A DNA stretch of 62,632 bases from Octopus bimaculoides. Lineage: Eukaryota. The stretch lies in assembly GCF_001194135.2 (NCBI RefSeq), contig NC_068989.1:56654125-56716756 (forward strand), read 5' to 3'. The translations under genes and the position numbers were made by a program. Below the pieces are notes generated by a model. That model was not told the DNA's origin, ran no database searches, and was given only the letters and a program-made list of their open reading frames with translations. Positions 39,481-53,053 of the stretch are shown here, piece after piece. Each line of letters begins with the position of its first letter. Position 1 is the first letter of the stretch.

Positions 39481-39720
39481 CTACAAGTTTAAAACATTGA
39501 ATAAAACGAGCTGCTCAACAAGTGATATCCATAAATCTTCATAATAAAGTAAAGAAAAGAACAACAAACACATCAAGTAAAAGAAGTTTTGCTTTCCAGC
39601 CACATGGTTCCAGGTTCAGTCCCACTGTGTGGCACCTTGAGCAAGTGTTTTCTACTCTAGCCTTGGGCTGACCAAAGCCTTGTGAGTGAATTTGGTAGAT
39701 GAAAATCAAAGAAGCCCGTC

Positions 39721-39810
<90 letters not shown>

Positions 39811-40308
39811 ATTTGTGTCTGTATTTGGACCCCTACCATTGCTTGACAACTGATGTTGGTGTGTTTATGTCCCCGTAACTTAGCTGTTTGGCAGAGGCCA
39901 CTAGAATTATGACTAGGCTTACAAAGAATAAGTCCTGGGTTCGATTTGTTTGACTAAAAGGTGGTGCTCCAGCAAGGCCACAGTCAAATGACAAACAAGT
40001 AAAAGAATAAAAGAATTGGCAGTTGAGAATTTCCTTTGTTTATCAAGTATTTAAAAGCAATCAAGTGATAAAGAGGGACAAAACAGTACAGTAGTCACAT
40101 TAAAGGATTAACTACTCAAATCTGAGGTAGTGCTCAGTATTAGAAATTACATCTTAAGAAATAGACAATGTGTCTATATTTTGACACTAACATTAGCAAT
40201 GACCTTGCATTTGAATATTTCAACCCTTTAGAAAGACTTTTACTGCTTTCTGTATTTGGCAGGTTACCAGCAAATACAGTTGGGTATGAATATGAGGTGA
40301 TACATAAA

Positions 40309-41155
40309 AGGCACTCGCGCTGGTGGCACGTGAGAGGCACTCGCGCTGGTGGCACGTGAGAGGCACTCGCGCTGGTGGCACGTGAGAGGCACTCGCGCTG
40401 GTGGCACGTGAGAGGCACTCGCGCTGGTGGCANNNNNNNNNNNNNNNNNNNNNNNNNNNNNNNNNNNNNNNNNNNNNNNNNNNNNNNNNNNNNNNNNNNN
40501 NNNNNNNNNNNNNNNNNNNNNNNNNNNNNNNNNNNNNNNNNNNNNNNNNNNNNNNNNNNNNNNNNNNNNNNNNNNNNNNNNNNNNNNNNNNNNNNNNNNN
40601 NNNNNNNNNNNNNNNNNNNNNNNNNNNNNNNNNNNNNNNNNNNNNNNNNNNNNNNNNNNNNNNNNNNNNNNNNNNNNNNNNNNNNNNNNNNNNNNNNNNN
40701 NNNNNNNNNNNNNNNNNNNNNNNNNNNNNNNNNNNNNNNNNNNNNNNNNNNNNNNNNNNNNNNNNNNNNNNNNNNNNNNNNNNNNNNNNNNNNNNNNNNN
40801 NNNNNNNNNNNNNNNNNNNNNNNNNNNNNNNNNNNNNNNNNNNNNNNNNNNNNNNNNNNNNNNNNNNNNNNNNNNNNNNNNNNNNNNNNNNNNNNNNNNN
40901 NNNNNNNNNNNNNNNNNNNNNNNNNNNNNNNNNNNNNNNNNNNNNNNNNNNNNNNNNNNNNNNNNNNNNNNNNNNNNNNNNNNNNNNNNNNNNNNNNNNN
41001 NNNNNNNNNNNNNNNNNNNNNNNNNNNNNNNNNNNNNNNNGGTGGCACGTGAAAGGCACTCTTGCTGGTGACACGTGAAAGGCACTCTTGCTGGTGACAC
41101 GTGAAAGGCACTCACGCTGGTGGCACATAAAAGGCACTCATGCTGGTGGCGCATA
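40309..41155. repeat. 26-bp GC-rich minisatellite spanning an assembly gap
   Basis: Unit aggcactcgcgctggtggcacgtgag: 4 identical copies plus a partial before the gap; diverged copies after it. Confidence 0.9.
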
Positions 41156-41367
41156 TAAGGTGTTTTTTTATGTGGCCACAGGCATGGATGCATTTATGCA
41201 TCATGGGTGCATTTACACAGCACTGGCATGGGTGTATTAACACAGCACTGGCACAGGTGTTTTTTAAGTGGTACTGGCACCTGAAAGAACAAGCCTACAT
41301 GTGTGGAAGACAGCGATTTTACTTAGACAGATGTAGTAATAACAAAAGTCATGTACATATAATTTAC

Positions 41368-41528
41368 CTGCATGGTATAGAACTCTTTATCAATTCTTCT
41401 GGGGCAACGTAGTCTGAAAGGTACTGTGGCGTCAGCAAAGGAAGGCGGACTTTTACCATAAGTTCAGGTAGAGCTTCTTTTCTTAATACAGGGTTTCTTT
41501 TTACCCAGGCGATCACAGCTTCAAATAC
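41368..41528 (-). CDS. KLHL18: KLHL18 coding exon D (161 bp, BACK)
   Basis: gttatag|GTA TTT GAA...TGC AG|gtaaa; VFEAVIAWVKRNPVLRKEALPELMVKVRLPLLTPQYLSDYVAPEELIKSSIPC(R); phase 0/2. Confidence 0.95.
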
Positions 41529-43451
41529 CTATAACATAACATCAGATATTTTTTTCTTTTACTTCTTTCAGTCTTTAGGCTGGAGCACTGCCTATATATA
41601 TTTATTACAATTCATCACTACTACCAACATCATCATGATCATTTTAATATTGTTTTTACTTTTCGGGTTTCTTTTTCATGCAAAGGTATATTGGATGTGA
41701 ACAGGCATAGCTGTGTGTTAAGAAGCTTGCTTCTCAACTACATGGTTCCAGGTTCAGTCCCACTGCATGGCACCTTGGGCAAGTGTCTTCTATAGCCTCG
41801 GGCCAACCAAGGCCTTGTGAGTAGATTTAGCAGACAGAACTGAAAGAAGCCTATTGTGTGTGTGTGTGTGTGTGTCCTACCACCACTTGACAATCAGTGT
41901 TGGCATGTTTATGTCCCTATAACTTAGCGGTTTGGTGAAAGAGACCGACAGAATAAGTACCTGGCTTCAAAAAATATAAGCATTGGGGTCAACTCGTTCA
42001 CTAAAAATTCTTTAAGCTGGTACCCCAGCATGGCCACAGTCTGATGACTGAAACAAATAAAAGAATAAAAAGAAAAGGCCACAGTACAATATATTACAAT
42101 TCCTTTTAATTCTGTATTATACTGAAGTTGGTCTACTTCTTACTGTTCTGTATTAAAATTGGGTGGAGAGTAGCTACTCTAGAACAAAACTGATAGATAT
42201 TTCTAAATAACCTTTCTGGTTAGTGTCTGTGGTAAAAGAAATACACCATTTCACTCCGTTTTTAGTTGATAGCAGAAACAGCATCCAATCACAAAGTCAC
42301 AGACAAACCAAATGTGTAGAACAATAATTAGTTGTTCAATTCAGATTACCAGAAGTGTATTAAGCCACTAGTTGCATATCAACTATCAGTAAATTCTCTT
42401 TTCTAGAAGAAACCTAAAATAAATGTGTATGAAAGTTCCAAGGTTACAAGTAACATAATGATAACAAATGATAGTAAGTTAATAAATATGCATAGAAAAC
42501 CATATCTATATCAATATAAACACTTGAAACAGAATGACATTAAAATAACAATGTGTATGTCATTTATAATGTATATACATATGTAGAACAGCACTGGCTG
42601 TAGGATTTTGTCTTAGAGAAACTTCAGTTTAGAGACAGTTCCTTCTGAATTATGTCAGAAGACCATTAGACACCAGCATTCAGATTAATTTCATCTCCTC
42701 AGTGACAGACACTCCTGGTTATTTGAAACTTTGAGAAATGATTCAATTAGTTTAATCTTTCTTAAGGCACACCACTTACCTCTGCCTTTCAAATTGCTGA
42801 ATTTAGGTAGAAGAGAACTACAGAAGAAGAATATAAACGAGATTGTACATAGAACAACCCCATTCACATAACTGAGCAGCTTGTTGCTTATATCATCATT
42901 TCAAAAGGCTGAAAGCCAGTAATCAAACTACTGAATCTACTTTCAAAGCAAGATTAAATATATGCTTATTAAAAATATAGATGCGACTCCATCATTACCA
43001 CCATCATCAATATTATTATCATTACCTCCATCAGCATCATTATTATTACCATTTTTATATCTGCTTTTCCATGCTGATATGAATCAGACAGCTGTTTTTG
43101 AGGCAGTGTTTTGCAATCAGATGGTTTTTCTGATGCCACCTCCTTTAGCCACTTCATGCCAAATGCAGAGTGACAGTATACCTATTCTAAAAACCAAGAT
43201 ATATAACTATCACATAATTCATAAGCTATACTCTCTTGTTACTCTAGCTAATAAGATAATAACATCTCAGATTAAAACAACGTTCTGTGCAGGTATGTAC
43301 TAATAATTTCTTCATAATACCTCTCTTTTGATCATTTGTATCTTTAGTGTTCTTTCTAACTTCTTACATCATTGTCAGTTCTAAAAGTATCAAAGTCTAA
43401 TATTTGACTCCATCCTCCTAAATCTTGTCATTGATTAGTTTGTTATTATTG

Positions 43452-43790
43452 ATTATGGCTAAGTGGTTAGAGCATTGGGCTCACAATCATAAGGCAGTGA
43501 GTTTGATTCCCAGACCGGACTGTGTGTTATGTTCTTGAGCAAGACACTTTATTTCATGTTGTTCTAGTTCACTCAGTTGTAGAAACGAGTTGCGATGTCA
43601 CTGGTGCCAAGCTGTATTGACCTTTGCCTTTCCCTTGGATAACATCGGTGACCTTGAAAATGGAGGCTGGGTATGGGCAACTGCTGGTCTTCTATAAACA
43701 ACCTTGCCTGGACTTGTGCCTTGAAGGACAACTTCCTAGGTGCAATTTCATGGTCATTCATGACCGAAGGGGGTCATTACCTTTTTTCAG
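43452..43790 (+). mobile_element. Third tRNA-derived SINE family
   Basis: A-box tggctaagtgg, B-box gtttgattccc, cttgagcaagacacttta core; related copies ~46720-46850 and ~51555-51830. Confidence 0.7.
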
Positions 43791-44754
43791 CCTATTATTG
43801 ATTAGACAAAGGGTCTAACCAAGTTAACATTTACCTTCAAAGTCAGGAACAGAAAACCCCCTCACTCACAAGAGAAATTTTGCACACATTCAAAATTTAA
43901 ACCACCCATTGTCAAAGCCTCTAAAAACAAAAGGAAAAAAATTAGTTTAAGCCTAAAGACAAAAACAGTAGCATAATGCAAGGTGTATATCTATACATTT
44001 AAAAGTAAAAATCTTTCATTTTTCTCAGCATAGATGAACACTCACAGGTTCTATTCTATACAGGCAATTCACACCTGAAACTAAAAAGGTGTCCCACCCC
44101 TCTTCTAACCCCTTTGATATCAAAAGTGATCTGAATTAAGACTTTCTATTTAAATTTCATGTTAATTTGTGTTTCAAACATTTCAAACACCAGCTTAATA
44201 ACAACAAAGTTATTTCAATTAAATTCTCCTTTATTTTCAAAAGTAATTGAAACAAAGTGATTTTCAACAGAAATATGGTAACAAGAGGGTTAAAGTGATA
44301 TAAATTAAAACTTCAAAATTTTATGTTAATTTGTTTCAAACTCCAGCTTGGTACATGGAAACAGAAAGAAGCCTGCCATATATATGTGTATGTGTGTTTG
44401 AGCCTATATTTGTCCACCACCACTGCTATCAACCGGTGTTGATGTGCTTACACCCCTATAACTCAGCAGTTCAGCAAAAGAGACAGATAGAATAAGTACC
44501 AAGCTTATAAAAAAAAGTACTGGGGCTGATTCATACAAAATTTTTCAGGGCAGTGCCCCAGTATGACCAAAGACTAATGACTGAAACAAGTTAAAGATAG
44601 AAGATAAAAACCTATATTTTAACATTGTTTTTAGTGGTGGAGGGCAGTTATTTTAAATAGAAATAACCTAAAGAAGGAACCAAATAAATACAGTTAGATA
44701 TATCCCCAATTACTTGAGATGCTTTGCTTTGATCCTTTTTTCTGAAAAACTTAC

Positions 44755-44953
44755 CAATTCTTCTGTTTTTACATGCAGTTCATCACGAGAAATTATCTCT
44801 AAAATTTCAGCTTTGTCAAGATTCAGGAATTCCTCAGAATTGGCAACATCTTTGAAATGTTTCTGAATGTACTTGTTCGCAGCCTCCACTAAGCTGGGGC
44901 ACATGTACTGTTCACCAAAACTACGAATTCCAAGGCAATTCTGCGGATGAAGT
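44755..44953 (-). CDS. KLHL18: KLHL18 coding exon C (199 bp, BACK)
   Basis: tatatag|A CTT CAT CCG...GAA TTG|gtaag; LHPQNCLGIRSFGEQYMCPSLVEAANKYIQKHFKDVANSEEFLNLDKAEILEIISRDELHVKTEEL; phase 2/0. Confidence 0.95.
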
Positions 44954-45854
44954 CTATATAGAAAATGGAAAAAAAAAAAAAATTTTTTAATGGATTTAAA
45001 AAAAAATAAATATAAGAGAAAATGTTTTAGGAGTGTTTAACTAATTATACCAAACACAGTATATTACTGGTATTTTATCATATTGACTAAGCGAAATGAA
45101 AGACAAGGGGACCTAGATTTGAAGTCAAGATATATAAAAAATATAAAAGAATAAAGCTATAAGGGATTTCTTCTGATAATGCGATTGTTTCTGCCAGCTT
45201 TCTTGAATAACAGAGAGAGAATAAATGAAGAATTAAGGTTTAAGTAAAAGATTAAGATAATAGTGCGTCTCTATAAAATAGATAAATAAGATAAAGAAAA
45301 AAGAAGAAAATGGGCAAGAAAGGAAGAAAGAAAATAGGCGCTAAGAACAAATAGGAGATAGAAAACAGAGAAGAAAGCCAAAGTGAAAGTGTGATAGAAG
45401 AGAAGAGTAATAGAGGAGAATAAGAGAGCTAGAAGGGGGGAGGGCGAGAAAAGAAAGTTACCAATTCAATAATTCTTTCTAATCTTGGTACAAGGCTAGT
45501 AATTTTTTGAGGGGAGGGGTAAATAAAATTATATTGAGCCCACTGCTCAACTGGTACTTATTTTATTGATCCTGAATGGATGAAAGGCAAAGTCGACTGG
45601 CAGCATTTAAAATTCAGAATGTAAAGAACTGGAAGAAATGCTGCAAAAGCATGTTGTCCAGCATGTTAATGATTCTGTCAGCTTGTCAGCTTTACCAATT
45701 TAATAAAGATAAAGCTATTTCAGTAAATGCTTCATTATTTTAAAAATGAATTGAAATAAAGACAGTATGTTTCAACAGAAATATGATGGTTAACATAAGT
45801 GTTATTTTAGACAAAATCAGAGATAAACGGAAATTGTATCAGTTGAATATTTAC

Positions 45855-45995
45855 CTGGTCTTCAGAAAATTACAACAAGCTTCTTTAACACATTGCAGCT
45901 GAAGAAAACAAGATGCCACTAGCAGAGATTGGACCGTGTTTATGTTGATTTCCAGACGACCATTGTAGGCAAAATTCACAAGTGATTCCAATGCA
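45855..45995 (-). CDS. KLHL18: KLHL18 coding exon B (141 bp, BTB)
   Basis: cctcag|T GCA TTG...ACC AG|gtaaa; (S)[46 protein letters not shown](R); phase 2/2. Confidence 0.95.
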
Positions 45996-47302
45996 CTGAG
46001 GAAATAAAAGACATAATGGTTCAATGAGCTAACATGAAATATTAATATTTTTATGTAACAAGGACACAAGAAATGGTGTAGGGGTGGGGCTTTAGTAGAG
46101 GAAATGAAGTGCATTAGCTTTAACTTGAGTTTGAAACTAAGTTTCTCACAGTTCACTGGTAACTTACCTTTTATCAGAAGATACTCGTCAAAGAAATAAC
46201 ACAATATGTTACATATTTTACATCATTTCTTCACACAAGATGAACATGGTTAAAGAAATGCAAGCAAATGTGGCTATGTGGTAAGAAGTTTGTTTCCTAA
46301 CCACATGGTTCCAGGTTCAGTCCCATTGTGTGGCATGTTGGGCAAGTGTCTTCTATTATAGCCCCAGGCTGACCAAAGCCTTGCGAACAAACTTGGTAGA
46401 TTGAAATTGGAAGAAGCTTGTTGAATATGTGTGAGTGGGTGCGCATATCTTTGTGTCTGTGTTTGTCCCCCACCACTGCTTGACGACCAGTGTGGGTTTG
46501 TTTATGTCCCCATAACTTAGCAGTTTGGCAATAAGGCCTGATAGAATAAGTACCAGGCTTTAAAAAATAATTAGTGGGATTGGTTAATTCAATTAAAAAT
46601 TCTTCAAGGCAGTGCCCCAGCATGGTTGCAGTCTAATGACTGACACAATTAATTTACAGATGGATGTGCTTCTTAAACTCTAAAATATTGTAACATGTTC
46701 CATATAACCTATAGCCATGAGGGTGCATGGCCTAGTGGTTAGGGTGTTGCACTCACAACTGAGAGACTATGATTTCAATTTCTAGACTGGGTGGTGCATT
46801 GTGTCCTTGAGCAAAACACTATCTCATGTTGCTCTGTGATCACTTTGACACCTAATTAGAAAATCTCTATAAGACAGGTCTTCTCAAGCACAGTATATTG
46901 CCAAAAGTCTTGGTCACTTGTCACTGTCTCTATGAAGCCCAAAGTTTGAAGGGTGCTTTTTACATGCCTCCTGCATGGGTACCAGATATGTGACACTGGC
47001 ATCAGCAACAACTACGATTTCACTTGGCTTAGCAAAGTAACTAATTAGAAAATCTCTATAAGATATGAAAGTAACTATACTGAAAAGTAATGTTTATCAC
47101 CCTATCAATATGACTGTTTGATGTTACTACTGTTTTTAACCTCAGGAAGAGCCTCTTCCAGCTGGTTATCAATGCAATATGCACCCTGCTTGCAATATAT
47201 ACTGGATGCAGATTGCATTGATAACCAGCTGGAGGAGGCTCTTCCTGGGGTTAAAAATGGTAGTAACATCAAATAACCATATTGATGTAGTAATAAACAT
47301 TA

Positions 47303-47334
<32 letters not shown>

Positions 47335-47903
47335 NNNNNNNNNNNNNNNNNNNNNNNNNNNNNNNNNNNNNNNNNNNNNNNNNNNNNNNNNNNNNNNNNN
47401 NNNNNNNNNNNNNNNNNNNNNNNNNNNNNNNNNNNNNNNNNNNNNNNNNNNNNNNNNNNNNNNNNNNNNNNNNNNNNNNNNNNNNNNNNNNNNNNNNNNN
47501 NNNNNNNNNNNNNNNNNNNNNNNNNNNNNNNNNNNNNNNNNNNNNNNNNNNNNNNNNNNNNNNNNNNNNNNNNNNNNNNNNNNNNNNNNNNNNNNNNNNN
47601 NNNNNNNNNNNNNNNNNNNNNNNNNNNNNNNNNNNNNNNNNNNNNNNNNNNNNNNNNNNNNNNNNNNNNNNNNNNNNNNNNNNNNNNNNNNNNNNNNNNN
47701 NNNNNNNNNNNNNNNNNNNNNNNNNNNNNNNNNNNNNNNNNNNNNNNNNNNNNNNNNNNNNNNNNNNNNNNNNNNNNNNNNNNNNNNNNNNNNNNNNNNN
47801 NNNNNNNNNNNNNNNNNNNNNNNNNNNNNNNNNNNNNNNNNNNNNNNNNNNNNNNNNNNNNNNNNNNNNNNNNNNNNNNNNNAAACAATAGTAGAATGTA
47901 GAG

Positions 47904-48253
47904 AATATTTTATGTAAAGTAAAAAACATGTCAAGATCATTTATAATAAAAAAATATTATTATTATAATCGTTTTCTGAAGCACTTTCACTCGCACTAGA
48001 CTCATGTACACCATCACTTGTAGGCACGATCGCTGATTTACACGCACTTGTAGATTTCCTTTTAAAAAACAAGTCTAGAGTTGTTTGTTTAGGTTTTTTT
48101 TTTTTGCTCTCTATAAATTTCTCAGTAACATGCAGAAGCATTTATGGTGGTAGAAACTTTTGCACTTCATTCAAAATTTGGATCTTGTGTTTGAAAAATA
48201 AAACTTGTAAACCCAGCATCTCAAAGTGGATCCTCTTAAAGTGAGGTATACTG
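47904..48253 (-). mobile_element. Tigger/pogo internal-deletion remnant
   Basis: KKKKPKQTTLDLFFKR resembles pogo/Tigger transposase C-termini; TIR-like CAGTATACCTCAC next to TA at 48241-48255. Confidence 0.6.
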
Positions 48254-49379
48254 TATATACACATATATACATGTGTGTGTCATTGGAGCAACTTTTGTTC
48301 CCTACCACCACTTGACAACTGGTATTGGCATGTTTATGTCTCCATAACTTAACAGTTTGGCAAGAGACACCAACAGAATAAATACCAGGAATTTAAAAAA
48401 AGATATATTAGGGTCAATTTGTTTGATTAAAATCCTTCAAGGTGATGCCCTAGCATGGTCGCAGTCTAATGATTGAAACATGTAAAAGATAAAGAAAAGA
48501 TAAAAGGGATCTTTTCTGCTTGGCTGAACCTGTAAAATTTCAAAGTTTAATGAAAATTTTAAAATTTGGTGTATTGATGTAATTTTCCAAGCTGAATCTC
48601 AGGGGCTAATTCACTTTTTCCAGTAAAATTCTTAAAAAAAGTTACAAAGGTTTAAAGTTTGATCATTTTTACTCATTCAGAAAAACAAGATTTGGAAGCT
48701 GTCATTTTGTGCTTGACTGTATGTGTTCTCAATTGTAAACAAATGAAATATTGGTAGAATTCTGCTTTATGCACACCATATAACCCTTCATAACTTTTCT
48801 TATTTGTTGGAATTTTCAGAAAATTTTTGTGAATTTGTATTCTACACATGGGAATTCACATGCTTATGCAAAAACCATAAAAAAAAATTCAAAAGAATTT
48901 TTTTTTAAAAATCAGTGCGTGATTTAAGACCTATATATCTATTATTTGTAGAACATCTCACAAACACCTCATATCTCATGTGTTTTAAGCATTTAATACG
49001 TGAAAAATGACTATGTGGCCAAGCAGCTTAGTAACAGCCTCGCTTGTTACTATGAAAACAGACACCTATATGTCTGTGGCTTTCAAATGGCTAAAATTAC
49101 TCAAAATTTGTGAACTTTAAAAGCTATTAACTCTTTATTTATTGATTTCTGGTGAAAATGAATTTCCTGTCAATGATTACCATACAAAACTATACCAAGA
49201 CACCAAACATGAAATCAACTGGAACAGAAATTGAAGAAATTGAAAAGTGGCAGCCAAACAGAAAAGATCCAATAAAAGACATATTTGAATTATGTATTAG
49301 AAGCAGTTCTGGAGTAAAAATATTATCAACATAACATAATGTACATTATGTTATGTTGATAATTATGTTGATAAAGCCA

Positions 49380-50575
49380 GAAGCTGTGGGTTTTGTCTGG
49401 GGAAAACATTGTGTGTGGCAGATGCACAAGGGCAATAAACACTGATGATGTACAGAAAACAGATTCCATCACATGCCAAAGGTAAAAACTAGAAGTAGTT
49501 GATAGCTTCCTCTACCTAGGTAATCAAGTCTGTAGTGGGGGTGGTTGCTCTGAGAGTGTAGCGGCTAGAATAGCCTGGGCAAAGTTCAGGGAGCTCCTAC
49601 CTCTGCTGGCAACTAAAGGCTTCTCGCTCAGAATGAACGGTAGACTGTATGATGCATGTGTGCGAACTGCAATGCTAGATGGCAGTGATACATGGGCCAT
49701 GAATGCTGAGGACATGCATAGACTTGAAGGAAATGAAGCTAGTATGATCCGCTGGATGTGTAATGTCAGTGTGCATACACGACANNNNNNNNNNATGATC
49801 CGCTGGATGTGTAATGTCAGTGTGCATACACGACAGAGTGTAAGCGCCCTGAGAGAAAAGTTGGGCATAAGAAGCATCAAATGTGGTGTGCAAGAGAGGT
49901 GAGTGCACTGGTATGGCCATGTGTTACATATGAAGGAAGGCAGCTGTGTGAGGAAGTGCCAGTCCCTAACTGTAGAAGGAACATGTGGAAGAGGTAGATC
50001 CAGGAAGACATAGGATGAGGTGGTGAAGCATGATCTTTGAACATTAGGCCTCACAGAGGCAATGGCAGGAGACCAGGACTGTAGGAGATACGCTGTGATT
50101 GAGAAGACCTGGCAACTAAAGTGAGATTGCAGCTACGCATATCCAGCCCTATTAAGAACACTTCTGATCTGTTGGGCGATATGATATGCTTGAGAAGACC
50201 TGTTGAGTCAAGTAAAACCAATATCGTAGCTGGAGCTGGTACCCGCTGACTGGCTCCTGTGCTGATGACACATAAAAAGCACCATCCGAACATGGCTGAT
50301 GCTAGTACCCCTTGACTGGCTCCTGTGCCGGTGGCACATAAAAAGCACCATCTAAACGTGATCGTTGCCAGGCCCGCCTTATTAACTCCTGTGTTGGTGG
50401 CATGTAAAAAGCACCCACTACACTCTCAGAGTGGTTGGCATTAGGAAGGGCATCCAGCTGAAGAAAATCTGTCAGACCAGATTGGAGCCTACTACAGCCG
50501 CTAGCTCCTCAGACCTCAGTCAAACCATCCAAACATGCCAGCATGGAAAACGGACATTAATTGATGATGATGATG
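49380..50575 (+). mobile_element. 5'-truncated RTE-type LINE
   Basis: MNGRLYDACVRTAMLDGSDTWAMNAEDMHRLEGNEASMIRWMCNV..LREKLGIRSIKCGVQER RT C-terminus plus 3' UTR and (GAT)n tail. Confidence 0.88.
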
Positions 50576-51187
50576 ATGTTTGTATGCTTGTCCCCGCCAC
50601 CATCACTTGACAACCAATGTTGGTGTGTTTATGTCCCTATAACTTAGCAGTTCGGCAAAGAGACCGATAGAATAAGTACTAGGCTTACAAAGAATAAGTC
50701 CTGGGGTCGATTTGTTCCACTAAAGGCAGTGCTCCAGCATGGCCCCAGTCAAATGACTGAAACAAGTAAAAGAATAAAAGAACATATATAGTTTAGAGAT
50801 CCAATATAGGTAGAATCAACAAAAAAAGTACTCCATTCAGTGAAAGATAAATATCAATTTAATACACATATCAGATGAACTGCTAATAGCTTTATGCTTT
50901 TATGATACTTTAAATAGGCATATTTATAGAATACACTGTGTATCTCCAAGCAATTTTTCAAGCTCTTTTTATGCATTTGTTATATTTTAAAAACTAGGAT
51001 GCTGGACAGTGAGAAAATAAGGAAAAAATCGAGAGAAGGTTGATATAAAAAATGGAATGATAAGAAAGAAAGGTAACACCTAAAATATCACTAAATAGCA
51101 TGCTAATAAAAACAGTATGAATAAAGCATGAAAATAGTAAACTTAATAGTTGGACTATAAGAAAATAAATGAAACAACTGTTGTTAC

Positions 51188-51318
51188 CTGGATTCGATAC
51201 CATGCATAAGGATTTCATCTTGTTTTGACTCTACCATATCATGAGTAAACATAGAATGGAAGTAAGGGATGGTAGCCGCAAGGATAATTCTGTGGGCAGT
51301 GAATTTTTGGTCTCCAAC
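51188..51318 (-). CDS. KLHL18: Kelch-like protein 18, coding exon A (131 bp, BTB domain)
   Basis: tttcag|GTT GGA GAC...TCC AG|gtaac; translates [43 protein letters not shown], matching my recall of KLHL18 BTB ([36 protein letters not shown]); phase 0 to phase 2. Confidence 0.95.
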
Positions 51319-53053
51319 CTGAAATATCGTAAACAAAACAGTGAGAATATAAAATTGTACTTGTTGTCATTTTAGAGATTACTTCAAACTTGCATGGGTT
51401 AGATGCAATTCATGGGGGCAGATTTCCTACAGCCAAATGTCCTTCTTGTCATTAATCCACACTTGTTTCTCAATGGCTAGATATGTTTCTATAGAAGATT
51501 GGAAAGAAATGACACTGCTTGTATGATGGTAATGCTCATTTACAACTAATATGTGAAGGTGCATGGCCTAGTGGTTTGGGGGTTGTACTCACTCATGACT
51601 GCATGAACGTGGGTTCGATTCCTAGACCGAGCAGCACGTGTTCTTGAGCAAAATACTTCATTTTACATTGCTTTAATCCCCCTTTTAATCAGGGGAAATG
51701 TTGGCCTGCTTGTCTAGCCAGCAGAGTGGCATCAATTGAAGGCTAAAACAATGCAAAGTGCATTGTGACCAGTGATGTATAACAACATTTGATAATCTGG
51801 TCGGTCATATGATCATGTGATGTGATGTCATTATAAAACACAAACATACATACACATAAATCTATTTCATTATCATCATCTTATGTAGATATATATATAT
51901 ATATATATGATCCTACCAAATNNNNNNNNNNACATAAATCTATTTCATTATCATCATCTTATGTAGATATATATATATATATATATGATCCTACCAAATT
52001 CACTTGCAAAGACTTTGGTCAACCAAAGAAGGCACTTGGCTGAGGTACCACACATTAGGACTGAACCTGAAACTATGTAGTCAAGAAGTAAACTTCTTAT
52101 CCACACAGCCATGTCTGTACATATGTTTCTAATACTAACTGATGTAGAAGTTGGGGGATAGAGAATAAAAGAGAGATACAGAGAGAGTTAACAAAAAGGT
52201 TCATCATGAGTGCACATATGAGGCTTGGTGACAGGCAATGAATAAAAGAATGCATGCTACATACAAAGTGAGAAGGAATCATAGACATGAAGGAGAGGGA
52301 CTCAATGACAGAGTAGATATGGGAGGAATTATACATGTAAGAAATTAATTTAATTTTAAGTGCTCCGCTGTACGTTGACTATCATACCACACAAAATGCC
52401 CAACTAAGTTTAATAAATTTCTCTAGCTTTTAATCACTCATCATTCTCTTATCTAACTTGTAATACTAACATGTTTACATGTGATGTTAATATGTATTTT
52501 GAGTTAAAATAACTTTTGTGGCTTATAATTCTTTAGATTTTTCAATAACTTTTCAAATAATATTACATACCCTTCATATTTCCATACTTTGCTATGATCC
52601 TCGCCTTGCTAAAAACTCAAGTCTCATACTACTATTTCTCTCTCTATCTCTTGTGTATGGTGATGTTGACCACTGATTATAATTCTTTAAATTTTCCAAT
52701 AACTTATCAAACTGTATTACATACACCTTGTGTTTCTAAACTTTGCTATGCTCCTTGCCTCACTAAAAGCCTCAAGTCCCTTACTGCTATCTCTCTCTCT
52801 CTATCTCTTGCATGTGGCGATGCTGGCCATTGCTTGATGCGCCCACCCATTCTCACCCCCACCACCACTACTGGAAATCTCTTATACCTGAAATGCCAAC
52901 AGAGCTCTGCCTCACTTCTGTACCAGAAGACTTGCATACCTCTGTCCCTCCAACCCACCTACCTCTCTGTCTATACATAGTGGACTAACCAATAATAGCT
53001 CATTTACTTAACTTAAACATTGACCTTTCAATTGCTTGATTTTTGCACAAGGA

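Noticed and set aside
40309-41155. CRISPR-like repeat array
   Set aside because: Units are contiguous with no unique spacers, there are no cas genes, and the context is a spliceosomal intron
43452-43525. tRNA gene
   Set aside because: A/B boxes are SINE heads continuing into SINE core; no cloverleaf closes. The same applies to the other SINE copies
49744-49835. Duplication across a 10-N gap (also 51853-52000, and 22680-22734 vs 23460-23510)
   Set aside because: Identical sequence on both sides of a gap indicates unmerged contig overlap
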